DNA of 64,000 nucleotides from a virus (Duplodnaviria; Caudoviricetes): IMG/VR virus record IMGVR_UViG_2859895461_000003, positions 1 to 64,000 of that record; one strand, 5' to 3'. Shown piece by piece: positions 50,145 to 58,496 of this stretch (position 1 is its first letter; each line of letters starts with the position of its first letter). The notes under the pieces were generated by a model. It saw only the letters and a program-made list of their open reading frames with translations, ran no database searches and was not told where the DNA came from. The position numbers and the translations under genes were made by a program.

Positions 50145-51167
50145 ATGGCTAAAGGAATAGATATAAGTATGCATAATGGCACTGTTAATTTTAGTGCTGT
50201 AAAGTCTAGTGGCTGTAGTATAGTTATTATAAAGGCTACAGAAGGAGTACAATATGTAGACCCATATTTAAATACTCATTACAATGGTGCTAAGGCTCAA
50301 GGAATTAATATTGGATTTTACCACTTCATGAGCGAGAAAACAGACCCAGCACAACAAGCACTGGACTTCTGGAATGCTATAAAAAACAAACAGTTTAATA
50401 TAATACCTACATTAGATATAGAAACTAATAGTATGGGTAGAAGTGCTAAAGTAATTTCCGATAGGTGCATACAGTTTTTAACTAAATTTAAAGCTTTATC
50501 TGGCTATGATTGCCTTATCTATACTGGTGGGTATTTTGGAAGAGATAACTTAGATAGTAGAGTAAAGAAATACAAAGGCTGGATTGCCCATTATGGAGTT
50601 AACAATCCTATGGCAACAGGATTCAATGTTGTGGGACATCAGTATACAGAAGATGGTCGAATAAATGGTGTGAGCACTAGAGTGGATTTAAATAATTTTG
50701 AAAATGGTATTTTTATTGGGAAAGATACAAATGTAGTAGAAACAAGAGAAACGAAAATACAAAAAATGCTCATTACAATAGGATATCCTATAGGACCTTC
50801 TGGAGTTGATGGAATTATAGGTAATGGAACTATCAGAGCTATAAAAGCATTTCAGAAGGATTGTAACTTAACTGTAGATGGTGATGTTAGTTCTAAAACA
50901 TGGGATAAATTAGTTTATGAATATAATAGAAAATTAGGAGTTAAACCAACTCAAAAGGAGGAATTTGATATGGATAAAGTAATATTATATTTTGGCCCTT
51001 TAGACGCTTTGAGTGCGGTATTAGTATCTCAAAAATATCAATGCCCTATGATGCTTAAAAAAGATTTTGAAGATAAAAAGTTGAAAGCAAAAGAAATAAT
51101 AACTATAGGTGGTAAACCTGGAACAAATAGATATGATTCTTTTAAAGATGCAGCTAAATTAGTATAA
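50145..51167 (+). CDS. Endolysin, GH25 muramidase + PG-binding domain
   Basis: GIDIS, IKATEG, LDIE, VDLN; VDGIIGNGTIRAIKAFQ. Confidence 0.92.
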   Translation: MAKGIDISMHNGTVNFSAVKSSGCSIVIIKATEGVQYVDPYLNTHYNGAKAQGINIGFYHFMSEKTDPAQQALDFWNAIKNKQFNIIPTLDIETNSMGRSAKVISDRCIQFLTKFKALSGYDCLIYTGGYFGRDNLDSRVKKYKGWIAHYGVNNPMATGFNVVGHQYTEDGRINGVSTRVDLNNFENGIFIGKDTNVVETRETKIQKMLITIGYPIGPSGVDGIIGNGTIRAIKAFQKDCNLTVDGDVSSKTWDKLVYEYNRKLGVKPTQKEEFDMDKVILYFGPLDALSAVLVSQKYQCPMMLKKDFEDKKLKAKEIITIGGKPGTNRYDSFKDAAKLV

Positions 51168-51277
51168 AATGGTGGTGGTTCCTTAAGTGGAGCTACCACT
51201 TTTTTTATTTTTTGAAGGAATTTATAATAATTTGTAGAATAACATACAAAAGATGAAAATATTAACATTGAGTGCAT

Positions 51278-51360
51278 AAAAAAGAAACCACTGGTGATTG
51301 GCGTCAAAGTGGTTTCTAAAAATCAACTGTATTTCACTAAATATTACCTCTATTATAGCA
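51278..51360 (-). ncRNA. Putative ~70-nt RNA antisense to the SIR2 leader (range includes its -10)
   Basis: Minus-strand TGCTATAAT (51360-51352); 10-bp stem 51283-51292/51308-51317 followed by a U-run on the minus strand. Confidence 0.5.
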
Positions 51361-51400
51361 TAAATTTAGTGAAATATAAATAAAATAATGGAGGAGAATC

Positions 51401-53044
51401 ATGGTGGATAAATTTGAACAAGAAGTAAAACAAATATTCAGTAAGTTTGATCTTAAGCCATTCTTGTTTGTTGGGGCAGGATTATCTATAAGATACTATA
51501 AATTACCTGATTGGAAACGTTTATTAATGGACATAACTGAGAAATATATAGATGTAGGTAACAATTTTGCTTTTGCTAGTGTACAAGAAGAAGCTGAAAA
51601 TGAGATTAGTGATAGAATAAATAAAATTCAAAATTTTGAAGAACATTCACATGGTTATTTTATGAAAGGTGATGAAAAGAAGTTTAATACATATCCTATT
51701 ATAGCATCTAAGCTATGCAGGAAGTTTAACCAAAAATTTTATAGTTCGGGAGGAAAATTTCCTTTTGAATTAAAACAACATGAGGTGTTATCTCTAAAAC
51801 GACATGAGATTTCTCCATTTAAACTTTTAGTGGCCAAATATTTAGAAAGTATTAAATTTAAAACGAATGAATATTTTGATGAAATTAGAAATTTTAAGGA
51901 AATGGAACAACATTTGGCAGGAATTATTACTACTAATTATGATGATTTTTTAGAATCACATTTACAATTTCCAGTATATATAGGACAGAATGATTTATTT
52001 AATGTTAATACTACATATAAATTAGGAGAAATTTATAAAATTCATGGCTGTTTAAGTCAGCCAAATTCAATTATATTAAATGAAGAGGATTATACAAATA
52101 TATATGAGAGATATCAATATCTTTCTGCTAAACTGTTAACATTTTTTATTGAGCATCCGATCATATTTATTGGATATAGTATTTCTGATAAAAATATTAA
52201 AGATATATTAGTGGATATTAACAAATGTTTAAATAGCCAAACTAAAGAGAAAATAGCAAATAGATTAATATTTATTGAAAGAACAGATGATGTAAATAAG
52301 CAAGCGATAATACCATTTCAAGAACAAGCAAGTGGATTAATGTTTCATAAGATTGTATTAAAAGATTTTAATATATTGTATAAAGCTATATTAGAGGTTA
52401 ATGATAGTATTCCGACAAGAATAGTAAGACTTGTACAGGATAAAATAGCAACTCTTGTTAAGACAACAGACAGTACTAAGAAAGTATATTATGGTAGTGA
52501 ATTAGAAAATCCTAATGTTTCAGATGATAAATTAGTAGTATTTATCGGAACTAAAGACAAGCTCTCTACGTTTGGATATGCAGGAATGAGAATACAAGAT
52601 ATACATAAAGATGTTGTATTTAATAATATTGGATTTAAAGGAGAAGAATTATTTGAACTTTCACTACCAATAATGCCATATATTGAACGTTCCAAGATAC
52701 CTTTATGGAAGTATATGAAAGATTGTGGCTACAAAGAAGAGTATGCTAGACATATAATAAAAAAACCTAGTGAAGTAATAACAAGAAATTTAATATCCCA
52801 AAAATATGTCCGTTTAGTAAAAGAATGTTTAAACATTAATGATATAATAAAATTACAATTACAAAAAAATGTTGAAATTGCTGCTGTTTTATATAAAGTA
52901 GAAAGTTTTGAGATTGATGAAATAGAAATGTATTTAAAAAATAATTTTAAATCTCAAATTGATAATAAGAATAATAAGACTAATTTTAGAAAATTAATTA
53001 CTGCTTATGATTGTTTAAAATACAATATAAAAGCTGCCAAGTAG
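51401..53044 (+). CDS. SIR2-domain protein (putative anti-phage NADase)
   Basis: FVGAGLS, IITTNYD, YKIHG, IFIGYS motifs. Confidence 0.88.
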   Translation: MVDKFEQEVKQIFSKFDLKPFLFVGAGLSIRYYKLPDWKRLLMDITEKYIDVGNNFAFASVQEEAENEISDRINKIQNFEEHSHGYFMKGDEKKFNTYPIIASKLCRKFNQKFYSSGGKFPFELKQHEVLSLKRHEISPFKLLVAKYLESIKFKTNEYFDEIRNFKEMEQHLAGIITTNYDDFLESHLQFPVYIGQNDLFNVNTTYKLGEIYKIHGCLSQPNSIILNEEDYTNIYERYQYLSAKLLTFFIEHPIIFIGYSISDKNIKDILVDINKCLNSQTKEKIANRLIFIERTDDVNKQAIIPFQEQASGLMFHKIVLKDFNILYKAILEVNDSIPTRIVRLVQDKIATLVKTTDSTKKVYYGSELENPNVSDDKLVVFIGTKDKLSTFGYAGMRIQDIHKDVVFNNIGFKGEELFELSLPIMPYIERSKIPLWKYMKDCGYKEEYARHIIKKPSEVITRNLISQKYVRLVKECLNINDIIKLQLQKNVEIAAVLYKVESFEIDEIEMYLKNNFKSQIDNKNNKTNFRKLITAYDCLKYNIKAAK

Positions 53045-53142
53045 AAATGTGCCTTCATAGAAGGGGCATTTCTAGAATAAAAGGTATCCCTCTAAGGGAG
53101 CCTTTTATCAACTTAGCAGCTTGTAATATTATATGTGATCAT
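53021..53142 (-). ncRNA. Putative ~120-nt three-way-junction RNA convergent with the SIR2 gene
   Basis: Minus-strand TTGAAA(53177-53172)-17-TATAAT(53154-53149); closing stem plus two inner hairpins; G-U pairs form only on the minus strand. Confidence 0.65.
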
Positions 53143-53164
53143 ATTAACATTATACATTTATATT

Positions 53165-53222
53165 TAATTTATTTCAATACTAATTTAAATCAACATATTT
53201 AAATTAGTATTGAAATAAATTA
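53165..53222. repeat. Perfect 26-bp inverted repeat, 6-nt spacer
   Basis: TAATTTATTTCAATACTAATTTAAAT-caacat-ATTTAAATTAGTATTGAAATAAATTA. Confidence 0.9.
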
Positions 53223-53466
53223 TAATTTAAATCAAAAGGCAGTTCCTTGATTGATATGATCTCTTTTTTATTTTTTGTATAAAAAATTTGTTAAAGTTAA
53301 AATAGATGTAAGAAATAATTTAATAATATAAGGTATAATCAAATTTATACTTTGCATCAGAATTAAACAATAATAATAACAATTTTTATTAGTATTGTTA
53401 TTATTATGTGTTCCAAATAGAGGATTTACAACCCATTTCTAGAATAATTACATATACTGGAATGGG

Positions 53467-53676
53467 GTGGTGTATGTGGTTAAAAATCGGCTAAAGGAAA
53501 TAAGAATGAAGGAATATATGATGGATCAGAAACAGTTTTATACAATGTTAGGTATAAGTAAAAGCACTTATAGTCAAATAGAAAATAATAAGCAACAAGG
53601 TAATATAGAAACAGTATTGAAGATAGCAAAGGCTCTTAGTCGACCAGTTGAAGAAATATGGTTCCTGGAAGACTAG
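53467..53676 (+). CDS. XRE HTH regulator
   Basis: KNRLKEIR...STYSQIEN...VEEIW; sigH-like promoter 53421-53445. Confidence 0.85.
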   Translation: MVYVVKNRLKEIRMKEYMMDQKQFYTMLGISKSTYSQIENNKQQGNIETVLKIAKALSRPVEEIWFLED

Positions 53677-53751
53677 GAGCTTTTTTATTCTATAAAATTC
53701 TTATATATAAATAAAAGAATACAACTATAAACTTTTTCCGTAAAGTAGGAA

Positions 53752-53777
53752 ACTTTTCCCGAAGTAGTGCATAGGAT
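53752..53777 (+). promoter_or_regulatory. sigK-like promoter
   Basis: AC-16 bp-CATAGGAT matches AC-N16-CATAnnnT. Confidence 0.55.
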
Positions 53778-53854
53778 ATATTAAAAGACAACAAAGAATA
53801 CAATTTGGGCATTGTATACATTAAATTAATACAAAGTATACGGAGGTGACAAAG

Positions 53855-54022
53855 TTGGCAGAAAGGTTAAGAGTTGTCTTAGAATTTAAGAAAAGTGACA
53901 TAAAAGAACTGCAACTATATGGTAAATTATTAAAATTTAGCAATCCAGCTGCAGTAGTTAAAGATATTTTAAAAGGCACATTACCAATAAAAATTTTATA
54001 TGAGGAGGAATTAAAAAAATAA
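53855..54022 (+). CDS. 55-aa putative ribbon-helix-helix protein (not in ORF track)
   Basis: GGAGGTG RBS, TTG start; RLRVVLEF beta strand then two helices. Confidence 0.6.
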   Translation: MAERLRVVLEFKKSDIKELQLYGKLLKFSNPAAVVKDILKGTLPIKILYEEELKK

Positions 54023-54086
54023 TAAAATAATGCGAAGTGGAGTTATATGGCTATAAAAATATAGCTTTAAGCCTTTAAAAAGAGAT

Positions 54087-54199
54087 AAAAATAAAGCCTA
54101 GCAGAAGGCTAGACTTATCCCATGTCGCTAAAAGTATGCTACGCTTACTTGTGTTACGCTACACTACACTTCTAGCTTATGCAAACAGATTGGAAAAGT
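54087..54199 (-). ncRNA. Putative ~80-nt sRNA from a sigK-like promoter (range includes promoter)
   Basis: Minus-strand AC-16-CATAAGCT (54199-54174); ends in AAGTCTAGC-CTTCT-GCTAGGCTT-TATTTTT; no RBS-led ORF seen. Confidence 0.5.
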
Positions 54200-54246
54200 T
54201 GTGTATTTAAGGTGTATTTATACGAATATTAATATTTAATTTACAT

Positions 54247-54312
54247 TTAAAATTTTTCAATTATATGTGTTGCAATTATCATACCTGCACCAAGCCAAAA
54301 TAGTGGAGACAT
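54247..54312 (-). CDS. 21-aa hydrophobic peptide MSPLFWLGAGMIIATHIIEKF
   Basis: GAAAGAAGG RBS; sigG-like GAATA-17-GATACTA (54376-54348). Confidence 0.5.
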   Translation of the reverse strand: MSPLFWLGAGMIIATHIIEKF

Positions 54313-54386
54313 GTTAAAACCTTCTTTCAGATTCACTTGTTTATTTATAGTATCTACCAATAATTAATTTTTATTCAGGAGGATTT

Positions 54387-54791
54387 ATGAAAATTTGTGT
54401 TATTTATTCTAACACTAAAGTAGAAGATTTTAAGAATAAACAAAGAATTAAATATAATTCTAACATGGAGCTAGTAGCCAAACATATTAACACAGATAAT
54501 AAATTAAAAAGGCAAGCAGTATTTGTTTTAGGAAGTCTTTTCTATATCCAGGATGTGGTCTCTGCAGCAGGAGATTTAGGGAAAATAGATAAGGCAGGAA
54601 ATACTATATTAGATATAGTTAGAAAAATAGGTTATTGGATATGTATTGTAGGATGCATAATAGATATAATTAAAAGTTTAATGCAAGGTGATACAAAGTC
54701 CATTGCTAAAATAATGATGAAATATGCTTTAGCATTTGCAGCACTTTATATTTTCCCATGGATGTTAGATCTAATTAAAGGTATTTTTTAA
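54387..54791 (+). CDS. VirB2/TrbC pilin-like membrane protein
   Basis: Leader ending VSA|AG, then amphipathic helix and two TM helices. Confidence 0.55.
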   Translation: MKICVIYSNTKVEDFKNKQRIKYNSNMELVAKHINTDNKLKRQAVFVLGSLFYIQDVVSAAGDLGKIDKAGNTILDIVRKIGYWICIVGCIIDIIKSLMQGDTKSIAKIMMKYALAFAALYIFPWMLDLIKGIF

Positions 54792-54803
54792 GGAGGAATA
54801 TAT

Positions 54804-55040
54804 ATGGAATGGGTACAAAAATTTATAGAAAGAGGTCAATATCATGCACCACAAAATACTTTTGTGTTCAGAAGTAAGTTATTAGATGTTTTATCAACTA
54901 ATGCATACTGGATATGTATGTTTGTAGGGATAGGTGGAATATTAGCATATCTATGTGGATATAAAAAAGGCGGAAAGTTAACTAAGTTTTCTGTAGTAAT
55001 TTATTGGGTGGTTGCTGCTATATGTTCAACAGGAAAATAA
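54804..55040 (+). CDS. Two-TM small membrane protein
   Basis: AAGGAGG RBS; two hydrophobic segments. Confidence 0.65.
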   Translation: MEWVQKFIERGQYHAPQNTFVFRSKLLDVLSTNAYWICMFVGIGGILAYLCGYKKGGKLTKFSVVIYWVVAAICSTGK

Positions 55041-57382
55041 AATCCATGACTTTAAAAGATTATTTTCAAATACAAAAACCCATATATAAAATACTTAAAC
55101 TCACACCAGATACAAGTATAAGGAACTATAATAGTTCTAACATAGCTAAGTCTATTCAATATATGTATAAAACCATATCACAAAGGATTCACAGAGAAGA
55201 AAAGAAAATCTTTATAGAAGCTCCAGTAAAATGTTCTTATATGATAGATATACAAAAGAATAATGTAGACTTTTATTTTGTAATTCCAGAAAGGTACTTA
55301 GGACTTATAAAAGAGAAGATTACAGAAACATGGCCAAAGGTTACTATAGAAGAAGTTACACAAATAAAACAATTTTCATTACAAGCTATTAAATATCAGC
55401 TAAATTATTCTAAAGAGGATGCACTTTCTTTAAATATAAATAAAAAATCTAATGAACCTCTAAATTCTATACTTAACGTACTAGATGTAATGAAAGAGGG
55501 AGATAGGGTAGGAATATTTTATAATTTTATACCCATAGTTCAGAGGGGGTGGAGAAAGGAATATCAGGATACAATAGATAAGATTAAAGAAAATAAGCCT
55601 ATTGATAGAGAAAAGTTTAATATTAAATATATTATAAAAGAAGGAATAATTTTATTAGTTAATCTAGCACAAGATCTATTTGATACCATAGGAGAGTTTG
55701 TTGGAGTAGAAAAGAAGAAAGAAGCTCCTACATTAGCAGAGATAGCTGTATCTAGTTTAATGTTAGAGGATAAGAAAAAATTAAGTAGGAATACTGTAAA
55801 TAAAAAAGATGCTATAGTACTTAATACACAAATGGCTATATTATCGGAGAGTAAAGATTTTAAAAGGCAGGAAAATAACGCTGTAGCAGTTCTAGAAGGA
55901 TACAATACTGTATCAGAAGACAATGAGTTGATATATAAAAAAATACCTAAAAAGAATAATTTTTATATTACGGATTTTAAAATAGCAGGTGTGGAAGAAA
56001 ATAAATTAAGTACAGAAGAATGTCAAAATCTTTTACAACTTCCAGGAAGAGAGCTACTTCAACAACATAAGGTTATAGAAAAAATAGATACACTAGAAAC
56101 AGAAGTTCCAAAAGAACTAAGTGGAGGTAGTAAGTTAATAGGTGTAAATGAATATAAAGGAAATAAACAAAATACTTATTTAACTACGGATAAAGATTAT
56201 AAAAATTTGGCAGTAACAATAGTAGGACCAACTAGAAGTGGAAAAACTTCATTTATGGGTAATATAGCAAGAAATAGTATAGATGCAGGAGAATGTATTA
56301 TAGTTTTAGATTATATAGAAAATTGTTCTTTGAGTGATGATATAAAGAAATGCATTCCACAAGATAAGGTATTAGAAATTAATCTATATGATCACACTAA
56401 ACTTCAAGGATTAGGGTATAATGAGGTAATCGCTGTCAGCGATAATACATTTGTACAGTATGAAAGTGCAAAGAAACAAACAAGTCAGTTAATTACATTA
56501 GTAAACTCTATTAATGTTTCTAATAGTGATTTTACTCCTAAGATGGAGAGATATTTAACTGCAGCTAGTTTAGTTGCATTTATAAATAATGGAGCTATTA
56601 AAGATGTATTTAAAATACTGCAAAATCATAAATTTAGAAAAAAATGTATAGATACCATCCCAGAAAATCAAAGTGAAAACTTAGAAGAGTACGTAGAATA
56701 TTTAAGAGAACTAGATGAATGGTCTAAAGGCACTAAGGATAATCCATCACAGATTATAGGAACTCATTCCAGTTATATTACTGGTATTATAGATAGGGTA
56801 CAAAAATTAAAATCTAATACTTATATGGAACTTATGTTGAAAAAAGATTGTAGTGAGAATATTGATTTATTAGAAGAAATGGAGAAAAATCAGGCTATAT
56901 TTATAAAAATGCCTGAAAATATGTTTAGCACACCAGAAGAAAGAGATATAATGACTACTTACTGGTTAACTAAGATATGGATGTGTGCTCAAGCCAGGGC
57001 TTGGAAAATTAAAGATAGGTATGCAAGAAAGACTGTTACTGTATTTACAGATGAAATTGCACAATTAAAAAGTTCTGAACAATTCATAGGAAATAAGCTA
57101 GACCAAACAGCTAAGTTTGGAGTTAAGTTTATACTATCTACTATGTATATAAACCAACTAAGAATTAGAGAAAAACTAAGAACTGCAAACACTTCATATA
57201 TACTTATATCTGGATCAGATAAGATAAATTACATGGAATTAAGGGATGAATTAAATCAATTTGGATATGAGTTAGAAGATCTTATGAATTTAAAAAGATT
57301 CCATTCACTTAACTATGTAAAATATGAAAATGGATACTGGGCAGGTATTACTAAGTTACCTCCTCCAATCAATAAATCTTAA
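55004..57382 (+). CDS. VirB4/VirD4/HerA-superfamily ATPase
   Basis: Walker A GPTRSGKT, IVLD, Walker B VFTDEIAQ; 792 aa. Confidence 0.7.
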   Translation: MGGCCYMFNRKIKSMTLKDYFQIQKPIYKILKLTPDTSIRNYNSSNIAKSIQYMYKTISQRIHREEKKIFIEAPVKCSYMIDIQKNNVDFYFVIPERYLGLIKEKITETWPKVTIEEVTQIKQFSLQAIKYQLNYSKEDALSLNINKKSNEPLNSILNVLDVMKEGDRVGIFYNFIPIVQRGWRKEYQDTIDKIKENKPIDREKFNIKYIIKEGIILLVNLAQDLFDTIGEFVGVEKKKEAPTLAEIAVSSLMLEDKKKLSRNTVNKKDAIVLNTQMAILSESKDFKRQENNAVAVLEGYNTVSEDNELIYKKIPKKNNFYITDFKIAGVEENKLSTEECQNLLQLPGRELLQQHKVIEKIDTLETEVPKELSGGSKLIGVNEYKGNKQNTYLTTDKDYKNLAVTIVGPTRSGKTSFMGNIARNSIDAGECIIVLDYIENCSLSDDIKKCIPQDKVLEINLYDHTKLQGLGYNEVIAVSDNTFVQYESAKKQTSQLITLVNSINVSNSDFTPKMERYLTAASLVAFINNGAIKDVFKILQNHKFRKKCIDTIPENQSENLEEYVEYLRELDEWSKGTKDNPSQIIGTHSSYITGIIDRVQKLKSNTYMELMLKKDCSENIDLLEEMEKNQAIFIKMPENMFSTPEERDIMTTYWLTKIWMCAQARAWKIKDRYARKTVTVFTDEIAQLKSSEQFIGNKLDQTAKFGVKFILSTMYINQLRIREKLRTANTSYILISGSDKINYMELRDELNQFGYELEDLMNLKRFHSLNYVKYENGYWAGITKLPPPINKS

Positions 57383-57447
57383 CACATATTACAATTTATG
57401 ATAAAATTAAACTTAATATTTGTTTATGAATGAGGGGGATAAATTAA

Positions 57448-57834
57448 ATGAACAGTATAAGTTTTACACTACTATGTTCTATGATATCTGGAATTATAGG
57501 AGTTATAATATCTAATATATACTATAAAAAATATGAAAAAAAGAAATTAAAGTTTGATGTCTTAAAAAATATAATGGGTTATCGTTATATTATGACAACT
57601 ATGGAACCCACTAAAGAAGATCATTATTTCTTTAGTGCGCTTAATGAAGTATTTATTGTGTATAATGATTGTCCTCAAGTGATTGAGGCTATAAAGAAAT
57701 ATCATGATAATTTGTCAAATCTAAGTAACTTATTGGATTTAATTAAAAGAATGTGTGACGAACTAAAAATTGATTATTCTTTTATTAATGATGAATTTAT
57801 AAATAAACCATTTAGAACTGGTTCTAAAAAATAA
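57448..57834 (+). CDS. Single-TM hypothetical protein
   Basis: N-terminal TM; ALNEVFIVY. Confidence 0.6.
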   Translation: MNSISFTLLCSMISGIIGVIISNIYYKKYEKKKLKFDVLKNIMGYRYIMTTMEPTKEDHYFFSALNEVFIVYNDCPQVIEAIKKYHDNLSNLSNLLDLIKRMCDELKIDYSFINDEFINKPFRTGSKK

Positions 57835-57866
57835 TATAATTAAAATATATTATAAATAGGAGCCAA

Positions 57867-58280
57867 TTAAGGCTCCTTAGTTGTTAATTGGATTAATTTA
57901 TTTTTTATTTTGTAATAAGTATCTCTTCTTATAAGCATACCGTTTAGCCAATGATTATACATAGTTTGGTGTACTTCTAACACTTTACAAATTTCCCTTA
58001 CAGTTAGATTATTTTTTAAGAGTAAATTTTTTAAAAAAGTTTGGGGATCATTAGATATAAATATATAATAATCATCCATAAAAATATTTATATCCATATC
58101 TAAAACTTTTGCTATTTTCTCCAACTTTTTTATAGGGGGATAAATTTTATCTGTTTCATACGTGCCTATTGCACTTTTCTTAGTATTTGTTTGTATACTA
58201 AGTTCCTTTTGTGTCAATCCTCTTAATAACCTGTACTTCTTAATTTTTTCTCCTATTGTATTTTCAGGTAGAGGTGGCAT
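57867..58280 (-). CDS. Double-XRE HTH protein whose frame stays open across attR
   Basis: IGEKIKKYRLLRGLTQKELS...; second HTH LTVREICKVLEV; no SD before ATG 58280. Confidence 0.75.
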   Translation of the reverse strand: MPPLPENTIGEKIKKYRLLRGLTQKELSIQTNTKKSAIGTYETDKIYPPIKKLEKIAKVLDMDINIFMDDYYIFISNDPQTFLKNLLLKNNLTVREICKVLEVHQTMYNHWLNGMLIRRDTYYKIKNKLIQLTTKEP

Positions 58281-58295
58281 TTTAGCTATGTATTT

Positions 58296-58337
58296 AAATG
58301 TCGCAAGATTGTCCCACGACCTACGGGAAGTGGTAAG
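58296..58337. other. attR (core AC 58323-58324) plus 13 bp of resumed pilB (GSGK)
   Basis: AAATGTCGCAAGATTGTCCCACGACCT-AC-GGGAAGTGGTAAG. Confidence 0.9.
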
Positions 58338-58496
58338 TATCTATAAAAGAATGTGCATAATATAATTAATAAATGTTTAGATTAATTATATAAGATGAAT
58401 TTAAAATATAAAACAAAAAATATCAATTTAGATAAGTTGATGGAATTTATAGAGAATTAATTTATTTTATGGTAATATTTAATGATAAAGTAAAAT

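Larger units (their letters stand above)
1060..58324. mobile_element. Temperate siphovirus-type prophage, ~57.3 kb
   Basis: Bounded by reconstructable attL/attR; integrase, repressor/Cro, replication, terminase, portal, capsid, tail tube, tape measure, holin and endolysin in canonical order; no sheath gene seen. Confidence 0.95.

Noticed and set aside
51401-57382. SIR2 + ATPase as a canonical Sir2-HerA defence operon
   Set aside because: Separated by ~2 kb, several genes, terminators and different promoter types; the ATPase is coupled to the membrane genes.
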